IMG/VR virus record: IMGVR_UViG_3300033463_000004
Span: 32,001-96,000 of that record
Length of the DNA stretch: 64,000 nucleotides
Origin: a virus
Taxonomy: Duplodnaviria; Caudoviricetes
Strand: one strand, 5' to 3'
Shown: one piece after another, positions 47,601-56,756 of the stretch
Position numbering within the stretch: position 1 is the first letter of the stretch
Layout of the letters: the number at the start of each line of letters is the position of its first letter
The notes under the pieces: generated by a model
Databases searched by the model: none
The model's input: the letters and a program-made list of their open reading frames with translations, nothing else
Told to the model about the DNA's origin: nothing
Program-made: the position numbers and the translations under genes

Positions 47601-48695
47601 TGCAGTATTATATGCTTCAATGGTCTCACGACGCGTTGTCTCATTTGTTCCAATATTTGTACCAGCCTGGCTTCCAGACATAACAAACGCAGATTTTGTA
47701 ACGTTTCCATTGTTTGTGTACTTGTTTGTCGATGTAATAATTGAAACAGATTCTTCTGTTGTGAATGATGAAAAGTTTGCAGCTTCACCATGACATGTAT
47801 AGATTGTCACAACAAATGACGAATTCAGTTGTGGCACAAAATAACGATTACCATTCATTTGGAATTTAAAACGAATTGTCTGCGGCGAATCCATGATGTA
47901 ATGTACGTACGGAAGTTGATCCTTTACATCCGAATGGATTGCAAGAATATGATCACGATCAAGATATTGCTCGTTACCATCACCATCAATATATTTGATA
48001 TCAAATCCTGCAATATGATTTTGACATGTGATGACATAATCATCATTTGGAATTCCATTTGTCATATTATTGACAATTGTGTGAGTTTGTCTTTCAAACT
48101 CAGACATTGTTACAAATATATGCAACCATTCTGATGATGTTCTGTAAAGAATATATGGTTTTTTGTTTACTGCAATCGAATTTTGTTCATCTGTATTAAT
48201 GTATTGAACATTCCAAACTGGATTCTCCGGATTGGTATATTGAATCAATACATCATAATCCAATGAATAAATCGAACCATTTGCAAGATTAATTTTCGTA
48301 TTTTTATCTAATACGAATTCGTACAAATTTCTATGCTGCGGGTTTTCTTTTGCATTTTTGAACAAATCCGACAACTTCAATTCGATCATAAAATTACATA
48401 CAGACGGAATTGCATATGAATAACCGATGTTGAAGATTGCTGCATTTGCATAAATGGAATCCGATAAAACTGCTTTTGTGATGAAAGATTCATTCAGATA
48501 AAATGATGAAGTAAATGCCAAATTTTCTAATGCTTGCGACATATATTCAGATACAACAGAGAAGAAACCACTGTTCAAATTGTTCAATGGTATATCATGG
48601 AATACACGTGGCATCAAAACATTCGCAATATACTTTTTGATTTGTGAATCATCCGAATAATTATTCAACACAATATTCGTGTCTTTCGTTGCCAT
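44691..48695 (-). CDS. baseplate wedge protein (T4 gp6 / baseplate-J-like)
   Basis: 1334 aa. N-terminal ESFITKAVLSDSIYANAA, IYTCHGEAANF, KRRDD; C-terminal IKSYF...IYISQLIQQLE. AGGAGG RBS. Confidence 0.75.
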   Translation of the reverse strand: MATKDTNIVLNNYSDDSQIKKYIANVLMPRVFHDIPLNNLNSGFFSVVSEYMSQALENLAFTSSFYLNESFITKAVLSDSIYANAAIFNIGYSYAIPSVCNFMIELKLSDLFKNAKENPQHRNLYEFVLDKNTKINLANGSIYSLDYDVLIQYTNPENPVWNVQYINTDEQNSIAVNKKPYILYRTSSEWLHIFVTMSEFERQTHTIVNNMTNGIPNDDYVITCQNHIAGFDIKYIDGDGNEQYLDRDHILAIHSDVKDQLPYVHYIMDSPQTIRFKFQMNGNRYFVPQLNSSFVVTIYTCHGEAANFSSFTTEESVSIITSTNKYTNNGNVTKSAFVMSGSQAGTNIGTNETTRRETIEAYNTANVISSDHDIYEWFKTFFFKRILYPFFFKRRDDPWGRIWSGFIALTDPDGEVYRTNTLHAQIPYRVLYNSNDNIISANGNEIIIPPGWAWVYANKESNRYTVKPLVVNSNEQVETASTAVNVGDDFLFANPFGIRIQKYPFAIGYFNPWINETTTVSIVNTPFEYQDTILGNEDKSIIYHGTPSFVHIIRTYQKDYYNIETVIIPNQAPSYIGSDFVKRFRNGTEPPTFTDIMWNYFVKPVDLYAKMIPILIQDPKQQYVVFNPSETYLCVTEKTRVSDGMWNLRGLRIEDYSGSEKKEYPITVSSSFKQVLGTDALWGEHGPWEAVKVTGDTDIHVYPNVVDDDPISFKRVASQNYYELRLKDDQPTGKLVSMTTSDEVFSTSLTKYGETRLYRIGKSYQDTIYFQLKYDDGVVVQYQIANSANIYTPYTPIDNNDGTVTFNLNDVSGNGVVFYADMRPTASEAAVAYYKMPLSVLLENTNVPMFYFESEQLAMEENNMRIVLEAKVDGVVTGRVEMEPVQIESDGSIRFDAQIYPLNKMVDVDNRIKIASTEYGGGSWVSAVDSKIVTIDATYPELTIYILFKSTDPTLVSPIEGDESFKGFRLQDRWNVDDFSFIQELKEMRSVVKFGEYQQPSEVQMAAFDSLMKLCEYDPNVNNMYTIKQYAYHIITGTIDDSGLTFHDIQMIASDCNATLDNIITIYAGNPEVPDISTGYMTELRMTLANIIESQYSGDIDWDRVYNNISIYPSEVEDIFSQTSVNSAMEVQLVPFVQSKLMNSDVFASFVSAFTQVHKAIEPVIFKRLEGNNYLDCKLIATYGLPHSYVADVDKNLTPPTFWPDLDVQIEFDLKLYNPGLSTNTLNEIRTMIKSYFNRITTVHTPVDMISMDNNIYISQLIQQLEEHPNVAYLKFKGWYTNQKNIIGGHYMNADYQAIVQRWDELDDMPKNELERYVPEMFVLSDSNIVLNLI

Positions 48696-48832
48696 TGCTT
48701 TAACCTCCTATATGGAATTATTTGGTAAAAACCCAAATGTAATGTTTGACACCTAATAAATAGGTGTTCATCGCATTACTTCAACGTTTTCGAAACGTTG
48801 TATACTATTTATATATGAAAGGAGCTTTCTCA

Positions 48833-51800
48833 ATGAGTATGGATAATGTACAATTGAAACAGGAAGATCTGTTAAATGGTCAACCCGTATTAACAGATGT
48901 AAATCCTGTGACAAATACAAAATCAGTTGACGACTCTGCATCCGGCGAGAAAATGGAAGATACACTTGCAAGAATATGGCAAGCAATCAACAACAAACTC
49001 TCCCGTGTTGTGAATTCTGTGAATGGAAGAACTGGAGTTGTCATACTCACATCTGATGACGTTGGTCTCGGAGACGTTGACAATGTATCTTTTGCAGACA
49101 TTAAAGAATGGGTCATTAATGAAATCGAGAATACATTCGCAAATAAGAGAATGCAATTCTACAGCACATATGATGACGCATTGGCTGTCGTTGCTACAAA
49201 TGACCGCGCATTGGCATGGGCACCATTTTATTGTGACACGTTCAGCGCAACTGATACACGAAGTGTCATTGGCGTTTTTACATGGGATAAAACATCCTCA
49301 CACTTAGGTGTTGATTATCGTAAGATTAATACCATTGGAATGACAGATGAGACAATTCTCTATCCAACAACTGCTGGTGGTATTGTCAGACCGGCTAGTG
49401 TATCATCTGATCATATGCCAAAAACATTGAATCCTGGTACAATCGGTGTCAACATCTATCCTGAACCCCGTCCCGAAGATCAAATTTTGTATGTCCAGAC
49501 TGGTGCCGAAGTCGGTGAAAATGGTCTTCGTATTGACCATAATAAAATCGGCTCTCGCGTTTATTATGAAGAAACTCCATATGGAGTATATGATCCTATT
49601 TATGGTCTTCCAGGTGCCAATACTGGATACATGTTGTGGAGATGGGACGATGGCGAAAGCGTGAAGGGTGACGCTGTCCGAATCTTCATCGACGATATCC
49701 AAATTCCTGTTAAATATCTTACAAATGGACAATGGTCCTATAATACCGAGCCAACAGAATTAGTCAGTGATCAACCTTTCTATCTTTCTAAACGTTGGTC
49801 ACTCCATGACGTAATTCGACCTAATGATGTCATCATAATGAAGTTTTCAAACTTCATTAGATATGTTGAAGCCAATAAGACTGCCGTTGGTGTTTGTCTT
49901 GATTTCAGTAGATGCCAACCATGCATTGGCACTATTGTCAAGAGTTCAGAACCGGGTATTGAATATGACATCTTTTTCCGCGCATTGAATCCGAACACCA
50001 ACGGATATGGAATCGCAACAATGACATCTCACCAGGATCGTGACGTGAAAAACACACAGCTTGGAGTCAATATTCTCGCAGCGAAATCGACTCCGGATGG
50101 TCGAGTGGCTGGTCAGAGTGATGGGTGGAAATATAGAGGATATGACATAAATATGTCCGGCTTGATGACGCATGCAGGTGCCGAATCTGTCACATCCGTT
50201 GTCAATCACATGAATATACAATACATTGAAGGTGTCCATGGACCGTGGAATCATCCCATATCCGATATAAATGATTGGCAGGCGCCGATAAATGAGCCTG
50301 TAACTCCAGGCTCCATTCATATCACCATGGATGGATCTCTCTGTATTTATCCATACTATCAGTCTCTTGCAACCACTACAAGATTGGGTTCCGTTCCGAA
50401 ATGGATTACTGATAAATTCTATTCGGAAAACGGAGGATCATATACCGTATTGACATCCAAACCAGCAGACTGGAGCTACAATTTCTTTTCATATTATGTG
50501 AAAGACGAAAATGATGAATACATCCATGTCGAAGGTATCAAGAAATCGTATTCAATTGCCGATTATTCAACCGGAATAGGTGGATCAGCTGCTAGATATC
50601 AACGGTGTATTGGATCGTTAATGGCTTCGAATGCAATCTTTGATGCATGGCGATCAAACTCCGGAACAAATGTTCAATATCAATATATGGATGCTGGTTC
50701 AGCAGTCACAGATCCAACCGGTCTTAACCAATCCGATTCACTTGGTGGAACGCGTTCTTCATTGAGTGTGAATCTGTATAAAATGTGTGGTTCTCTGTAT
50801 ACATCCGATACCCAGCAAGAAGCCGGTAAATTGCGGTGGAAATGCGGTTATCAATTCGCAAACCTTTCAGGACTGAGAACAAACACTGAAGATCATGTCA
50901 GTAATGAAGAGGCTGAACTGTACTCGCATCCGATCGATAGACACATTTTGTTCGGGCTTGGTCTTTGTGATTACAAAGATGCATACGGAAACGACCGAAA
51001 ATCGTATAACATGAATGGTGAATATACATCAGGTCTCTCAGTAAATGTGGGTCGTTTCCTCGAGATCACCCCGTTGACAACATACCGTGCTGATAAATAT
51101 TGGGACGGTGGTAAAGTACAAGTACGTGTCGGTGATGGTTTGACTGAACAAGTGACTGAATACGACGTTACCGAGTTTATCAAATCTGGCAGCGTCTCTG
51201 GAGATGTACCTTTCACATACAAAGAACTGCAAGAACGTTGGTGCACAACACCAGAAGAATTCTATTGTCGAATTTTACAATCAGACGTAGAGTTTCAATA
51301 TAACAAACATCATGAAGAATTAATCACAAAACCAGATGACTGGGATACCGATTGGTATAAATATGAATATAATATTGGAACCGATGATGATTCTGATTAT
51401 GTTTTCTTACCATATGACGAGAATAATCCAATTGGTTTTGAACAAATGTCAGCCACATACATGGGTCCATATTATAATTTGAGAATATATGCCACAGGTT
51501 GCCCCGTTACAGGTAATTCAATTGTTGAACTACGTCATACGTATGAATCTGGTGGAATATTGTATGATGATATGCATATCATCTGGAAACGACCCACAAA
51601 CAGAATCACGTTGAATCTTGATCCTGAAACATTAACTATCAACGAAGAAGGAAAAATCACTGTTGTTGGTGGTGTTGGAGGAGACACTGTTAATTTCCGA
51701 TTAATAGATTCTTCTGGATGTTGGTGTGACACATACCAAAAAGAAGATTCAGAAACTGAAATTCCAGAAAAAGTTCGCACCGAAACAATATTTGTTGATG

Positions 51801-53227
51801 AAGGTTTATCAATTTCTGGAAGTAGTACACAAATTCCAATTGATATTAAATTACCATCCACTTCGAATCGTTTCAGAAAGAAAGTTCAAGAAATTTGGGA
51901 CACAAGCATTTCAACATGGGAATATGTATTCATCATTTCACAAAATGCTGAACATTATGACGTTGAACGTGTCACGTCATATACGATTAATTGGTTAAAG
52001 AATAATTTCAGTATAATTAGTGATAATATTGTGAATGGACGAGGTCATACCATATCATACCAAGATCCAACACCGGCAGTATTAGAAGATTTTAACAATG
52101 TTGCAGGTATATTCCGTAAAGCTTTAAACAACAAAGATGAATTAATATTTAATGATGCACAGTATAACATTGGCGATTATACAGTTAGAATATGTGAAGC
52201 GGGACAATACTTGATCGACAATCCGTTTGCTATTGAAAACCGTATCGTTGAAATAATCAAGAGTATTCGTGCAATAATCCCAACAGCTTCTGACGCAAAT
52301 AAAATTGAACAGTATCTTGCTGATCATTATGAACTCGGAACTGTTTCTACAAATGAACAACTAATCGAAGCTGTTCCAAATATACCAATTTGGAACACGA
52401 CAGATAGCAACAATTATTGGGCCGTATATTGGTTATTCACATTTTTTACTGAAAATATTCTGCTTCGTGGAAAATGGCAAAACATATGTGAAGGTGAATT
52501 TGCATATACACAAATCACTAGCAGGCCGTATGATTGGGATACGAACACATCAACATATTTTGCGAAAAATGGAAATGATGAATATTGTCCATGTATACCA
52601 GACGAAGCGGAATTACCTGCTCTTGTATGGTATTATCGTCCAGGCATGTTGTATTCTCGTGATGATGTTGCTGGAACATTTGCGCTTGTTACATTATCAG
52701 ACGCTGATGATTCTCCTGCATGGACTGCATTGCGTAATGGTGAATATTATTATCAGAATAAATTCACACTTCAAGCAGAAGTTCCTGCTGACTGGGATAC
52801 AGAATGGAATAAGTATTTCTGTACAGATGATATCACAACAGACAAACGTTTCAGACATGTTAACACACAAACAAAACCTACATGGGAAGCAAATAAATAT
52901 TACACAGAAGATGCTTCCGGCGCAGTTGTTGGTTATCAACAACTTACAACTCCAGCAGCATTTACACAAAATGAACTTGGTACTGAAAACAATATGGTTC
53001 AAGTTGCACCAAAGTGGAAGACAGATACATTCTATGACACAGATACTTCGCAAACACCACAAGAAACTATGCCAGTTGACTGGTATACAAATTATGCAAC
53101 ATATTATACTAGATCTGGTGAAGAAGGTAGTTATGTATACGAGCATGTGTTACCAAACACAATAAACTTCAAACAATATGTTGGTCCATATTATTCCAGA
53201 TCTCTTGTACCGCATAACAATTCATGA
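48833..53227 (+). CDS. long tail fibre protein
   Basis: VNSVNGRTGVVILTSDDVGLGDVDNVS fibre-shaft motif, V.VG.GL repeats, dispersed PxDW...YY aromatic repeats; start ATG 48833 behind GAAAGGAG. Confidence 0.75.
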   Translation: MSMDNVQLKQEDLLNGQPVLTDVNPVTNTKSVDDSASGEKMEDTLARIWQAINNKLSRVVNSVNGRTGVVILTSDDVGLGDVDNVSFADIKEWVINEIENTFANKRMQFYSTYDDALAVVATNDRALAWAPFYCDTFSATDTRSVIGVFTWDKTSSHLGVDYRKINTIGMTDETILYPTTAGGIVRPASVSSDHMPKTLNPGTIGVNIYPEPRPEDQILYVQTGAEVGENGLRIDHNKIGSRVYYEETPYGVYDPIYGLPGANTGYMLWRWDDGESVKGDAVRIFIDDIQIPVKYLTNGQWSYNTEPTELVSDQPFYLSKRWSLHDVIRPNDVIIMKFSNFIRYVEANKTAVGVCLDFSRCQPCIGTIVKSSEPGIEYDIFFRALNPNTNGYGIATMTSHQDRDVKNTQLGVNILAAKSTPDGRVAGQSDGWKYRGYDINMSGLMTHAGAESVTSVVNHMNIQYIEGVHGPWNHPISDINDWQAPINEPVTPGSIHITMDGSLCIYPYYQSLATTTRLGSVPKWITDKFYSENGGSYTVLTSKPADWSYNFFSYYVKDENDEYIHVEGIKKSYSIADYSTGIGGSAARYQRCIGSLMASNAIFDAWRSNSGTNVQYQYMDAGSAVTDPTGLNQSDSLGGTRSSLSVNLYKMCGSLYTSDTQQEAGKLRWKCGYQFANLSGLRTNTEDHVSNEEAELYSHPIDRHILFGLGLCDYKDAYGNDRKSYNMNGEYTSGLSVNVGRFLEITPLTTYRADKYWDGGKVQVRVGDGLTEQVTEYDVTEFIKSGSVSGDVPFTYKELQERWCTTPEEFYCRILQSDVEFQYNKHHEELITKPDDWDTDWYKYEYNIGTDDDSDYVFLPYDENNPIGFEQMSATYMGPYYNLRIYATGCPVTGNSIVELRHTYESGGILYDDMHIIWKRPTNRITLNLDPETLTINEEGKITVVGGVGGDTVNFRLIDSSGCWCDTYQKEDSETEIPEKVRTETIFVDEGLSISGSSTQIPIDIKLPSTSNRFRKKVQEIWDTSISTWEYVFIISQNAEHYDVERVTSYTINWLKNNFSIISDNIVNGRGHTISYQDPTPAVLEDFNNVAGIFRKALNNKDELIFNDAQYNIGDYTVRICEAGQYLIDNPFAIENRIVEIIKSIRAIIPTASDANKIEQYLADHYELGTVSTNEQLIEAVPNIPIWNTTDSNNYWAVYWLFTFFTENILLRGKWQNICEGEFAYTQITSRPYDWDTNTSTYFAKNGNDEYCPCIPDEAELPALVWYYRPGMLYSRDDVAGTFALVTLSDADDSPAWTALRNGEYYYQNKFTLQAEVPADWDTEWNKYFCTDDITTDKRFRHVNTQTKPTWEANKYYTEDASGAVVGYQQLTTPAAFTQNELGTENNMVQVAPKWKTDTFYDTDTSQTPQETMPVDWYTNYATYYTRSGEEGSYVYEHVLPNTINFKQYVGPYYSRSLVPHNNS

Positions 53228-53241
53228 ATTGAGGTGATCTT

Positions 53242-53742
53242 ATGATTACAATCAATATTACATTAGGCATTGATTTGCATATCGTAGATCACAAGATTCA
53301 TATCAAACGATCTACCGAGAATGCAAGAAACAATGCATTCGAGATACATGATAATGGTATCTATATGGATGATCGGATTGTTGCAAATGGAAATGGATTC
53401 AAAGATCAAAATGGACATATTGTTCGTGTTGGACATTATGGTCCATATGATGTTCTTAATGAACCCGAATTCAGAAAATCAGGACGTGTTTCAGCAAACT
53501 GTATTGTACATCGTGTGTATACTGCAACTCGTAATGAGGATAATACATACAACGTTGAAAACTTCCGTTATGTTGACAGCTTTATCCCGGGAGACATGTT
53601 ACGTGTCTCCCTGGATAATGGAAAACATGAATATCGTTTGATTACAAAAACAACCAGTACAGATGATAGACGTGTTCAACCACAACAAACATATGGAATG
53701 AATAATCGTATTGTTGAAACTGTACTTCTTGGAACATGGTGA
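53242..53742 (+). CDS. tail-fibre-associated protein
   Basis: 166 aa, GAGGTGA RBS, in operon with the fibre. Confidence 0.7.
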   Translation: MITINITLGIDLHIVDHKIHIKRSTENARNNAFEIHDNGIYMDDRIVANGNGFKDQNGHIVRVGHYGPYDVLNEPEFRKSGRVSANCIVHRVYTATRNEDNTYNVENFRYVDSFIPGDMLRVSLDNGKHEYRLITKTTSTDDRRVQPQQTYGMNNRIVETVLLGTW

Positions 53743-53754
53743 GGAGGAATTATT

Positions 53755-54093
53755 ATGATTAAAATTCAATATAATTATTCTGAATCATGTTATGATTATT
53801 CAAAGAATTCTGTTCGTATTTCTCCTGACGACCATAACAATTTAACCGTTGATTCATCAACGGGAATGATTACAATGAAAGCGATTCCTGAAATGACTCC
53901 AAATGAGTTGAATACTCCTGGAAATGGCATTGATGGTGAAGTAAGTGGTTCAGGTGAGGACGATAAGAAATTAAAAATCGTTCGTTTGAATAATTCTGTA
54001 ACAAGAAAACAATCTGGTGATCCTACACCCGAAAATGAAGGAATTATACTTCCCGATTTACTTGATCAATATTTTGATAGTCTGGGGGTGTAA
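53755..54093 (+). CDS. small tail-associated protein
   Basis: 112 aa, GAGGAGG RBS, ISPDDHNNLTV fibre-like motif. Confidence 0.7.
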   Translation: MIKIQYNYSESCYDYSKNSVRISPDDHNNLTVDSSTGMITMKAIPEMTPNELNTPGNGIDGEVSGSGEDDKKLKIVRLNNSVTRKQSGDPTPENEGIILPDLLDQYFDSLGV

Positions 54094-54096
54094 TTT

Positions 54097-54792
54097 GTGG
54101 ATGTATTATTTCCAAAACCCGGAAAAGGTTTTATATTGGACGACAACAACGGTTTGACATTAAATTTCGACCCTCGTACAAATGTACAAAAACTCGAGTC
54201 TGGTATCTATATACCAAAAGACGGATATGGTCAAGGTATCGATGGTACGTTGGACAATTGGACAATCATTCCGATTCTTCCAAAAGACGATGCTGAAGGT
54301 GATACGGCAATCGAAATCAATCGCGATGTCGTTGTTTGTATTTTTTCATTATCTCGACGGAAAGTGACGAATCGTGCATCAGTGAATCAGTACACAACAT
54401 CGTCCGAAACAAAAACTGTTACGGATGTTATGGATGAATTCAATTGTGCAATGGATATGTATAAGACATCTGGTCAGAGTATTCCTGTTGGATTACCCGC
54501 CACGTCTTACATATTAACGCCTGGGGATCTATTCCAATTCCGAGAAGGTGCAAAACCATGGATCCCAGGAAAGAACGCTGATGGAATCACATGGCCATGT
54601 GCAATGGATGACATGAACCGTTATGAAGACGACATCACACAAGCATTGTTTCTTATAACGGAAGCGGAATATAATGATCTAGATATGGATCGATACTTGA
54701 CACGATTATCATTGAAATGTATATGGAAAGAAACCAATGACAATAAATTTGATTCGTATACAGTTGGTCAAACATATACAGCTTCAAAATAA
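54097..54792 (+). CDS. tail-associated protein
   Basis: 231 aa, GTG start behind GGGGGTG. Confidence 0.7.
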   Translation: MDVLFPKPGKGFILDDNNGLTLNFDPRTNVQKLESGIYIPKDGYGQGIDGTLDNWTIIPILPKDDAEGDTAIEINRDVVVCIFSLSRRKVTNRASVNQYTTSSETKTVTDVMDEFNCAMDMYKTSGQSIPVGLPATSYILTPGDLFQFREGAKPWIPGKNADGITWPCAMDDMNRYEDDITQALFLITEAEYNDLDMDRYLTRLSLKCIWKETNDNKFDSYTVGQTYTASK

Positions 54793-54810
54793 AATGAAAG
54801 GATTGGTATC

Positions 54811-56136
54811 ATGGAACAGAAAGAACTTCTGATGCCCGATTCTATGGGCTTTCATGATGATGCTTCACAAGGTGACAATAAACACTATTTGAAAGGTGTT
54901 ATTGAAATCTCGAAGCGTAATAAAATCACAGGTAAAGTGAAACCGGTTCATCGTGGTACAAACATTATTTCCATTTCAGGTATGCAATGGATTCTGATGA
55001 AGATGTTTGGTTTGTATCTGGATGCACCTCATGCAGTTTCTTATGAAAGACTGGATAAGGATACAAACCTCGTGATTCCTGAATTGAATCAATCTGGTAC
55101 CATGGGAATTGGTGTGAAACCGGAAAATTATTCAACAATGGATGTTCCGATTGCACGTGAACACATTGTCCAAGGTTTCATGATTGGTAATGGTGGATCT
55201 GGTGAAGATCAGATGACAACAAAGAATACAAATTATTCTTTTATCAATCTGCGTAATCCAATCCCATTCCAAGAAACACAGACTTCACTCCCGAATGAAA
55301 TTGCTGGTAAGTATCTCGGTAAGTATAATCGTACCGATGGTTCTTCATATGCGAAATCATATTTCATCAAGAAGTTTGACGAGACTCCTCATATCTATCA
55401 CTCTTGGTGGAAAGACGGTCAGAAATGGGATTATGTCGATCCCGTCACACCTGATGATTTGGGACCGGCTGCAGTAAATGCAAATCCAAAAACTGACCGT
55501 ATCGAAACATATGTTGAATGCAAACTTTCGCTGAGTGAAGATGATTGCATGGCATATTTCAATCACGATGGAAATACGCAAACACCTGCAATCAATGAAC
55601 TTGGTCTTGTTGCATTTGATACAACTGTTGATGGAGATCGTTCAATTCTCGAAGGATTATATACAACTGATATCAAAACGATTTTGGATATCATCTTTGA
55701 TAACAAACGTCGTCTTTCTGAACCGGAAGTCGTTGATTATATGCGGTCACTCGTCGATGATGTTCTGAATGTTTTCAATGAAATGGATTTTTCAAACAAA
55801 TATCACATCGAAACAGAAGTTCCGAAATTGTTTGCATTCTACGAGACATTGTTATACATTCATAACACATATATTCCAGAAGATCTGGATTTTGATTTAC
55901 TCCAAGAACAGCTGTCAAGCATTGATAATATCTACGTGCAAGCATACTATAACCAGTACGGTGATTATCAATACGAGACGGATGATTACTCCGCGTGCTT
56001 ATATGATTCCGCATTTGATTCTGCTGAAACAAATGAAGCACAGCGAATTAAGTTGATTACGTATTACACATTCAAATCAATTCCGATTGAAGAGAATTGG
56101 GAAACGTTGATCAACTATCGCATTTATGCAAATTAA
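54811..56136 (+). CDS. virion structural protein (baseplate / fibre-attachment type)
   Basis: KG.IEI...NIISISG, F.IGNGG, PIPF, Y.IK.FD, INELGL, C-terminal YRIY: pattern of collar/baseplate-type proteins. Confidence 0.55.
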   Translation: MEQKELLMPDSMGFHDDASQGDNKHYLKGVIEISKRNKITGKVKPVHRGTNIISISGMQWILMKMFGLYLDAPHAVSYERLDKDTNLVIPELNQSGTMGIGVKPENYSTMDVPIAREHIVQGFMIGNGGSGEDQMTTKNTNYSFINLRNPIPFQETQTSLPNEIAGKYLGKYNRTDGSSYAKSYFIKKFDETPHIYHSWWKDGQKWDYVDPVTPDDLGPAAVNANPKTDRIETYVECKLSLSEDDCMAYFNHDGNTQTPAINELGLVAFDTTVDGDRSILEGLYTTDIKTILDIIFDNKRRLSEPEVVDYMRSLVDDVLNVFNEMDFSNKYHIETEVPKLFAFYETLLYIHNTYIPEDLDFDLLQEQLSSIDNIYVQAYYNQYGDYQYETDDYSACLYDSAFDSAETNEAQRIKLITYYTFKSIPIEENWETLINYRIYAN

Positions 56137-56157
56137 TATGAAAGGATGTGTTGATAC

Positions 56158-56733
56158 ATGCCAACGATTGGTGATGAAAATATTTCCTCGTTGTTGAATG
56201 AAGCAAATGGTCGTACTCGGTCATTCGTTGCTGAATGCATCAACGCATACAAAGCAATTCGATGGAAGACGGTATCGTTCATTATCCCGACTGAACCGAT
56301 ACCGTCACATCGTCCAAGATTATCTGGATATCGAGTATATGTGCCTGGCGCTGCAAAGAACCAAGCATTCTTCAATAAACATGTATTACCAACATTGAAT
56401 GGTTTGTTTATTACAACACCATGCAAAATTAAATCTGATATTTTTGTAAAGACACCGAAATCGTTTAACATGGCTCAGAAGATTCTTGCGGAGATGAGAA
56501 TCCTTCGTCCATGGGGTAATGTGGGTGATGTAGATAACTATGAAAAGAGTATCTATGATCAAATGCAACCAAACGAAAAACGTGGACATGTTGGTATTAT
56601 GCAAAATGATAGTCTTATCATTGAAGCGCACACGAATAAATATTATTCAATTACACCCCGTACAGAGATCACAATTTCTTTTATGGGAAAGATTCCAGAT
56701 AAATTGAAGAAAGTACTTCGCATGCGGGATTAA
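56158..56733 (+). CDS. rusA: RusA-like Holliday junction resolvase
   Basis: PIPSHRPR, DVDNYEKSIYD, ND.LI, KYYS..PRTEI. Confidence 0.85.
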   Translation: MPTIGDENISSLLNEANGRTRSFVAECINAYKAIRWKTVSFIIPTEPIPSHRPRLSGYRVYVPGAAKNQAFFNKHVLPTLNGLFITTPCKIKSDIFVKTPKSFNMAQKILAEMRILRPWGNVGDVDNYEKSIYDQMQPNEKRGHVGIMQNDSLIIEAHTNKYYSITPRTEITISFMGKIPDKLKKVLRMRD

Positions 56734-56756
56734 TAAACTATAAGGAGTGATCTTAA

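Noticed and set aside
52467-53165. 232-aa alternative-frame ORF within the tail fibre
   Set aside because: Same-strand off-frame ORF rich in Ile/Met/Leu/His/Gln, typical of a shifted reading of AT-rich codons; no RBS
32716-53227. Diversity-generating retroelement or invertible tail-fibre cassettes
   Set aside because: No reverse transcriptase, invertase or adenine-specific TR/VR repeat pair is visible; the paralogy is old and only at protein level
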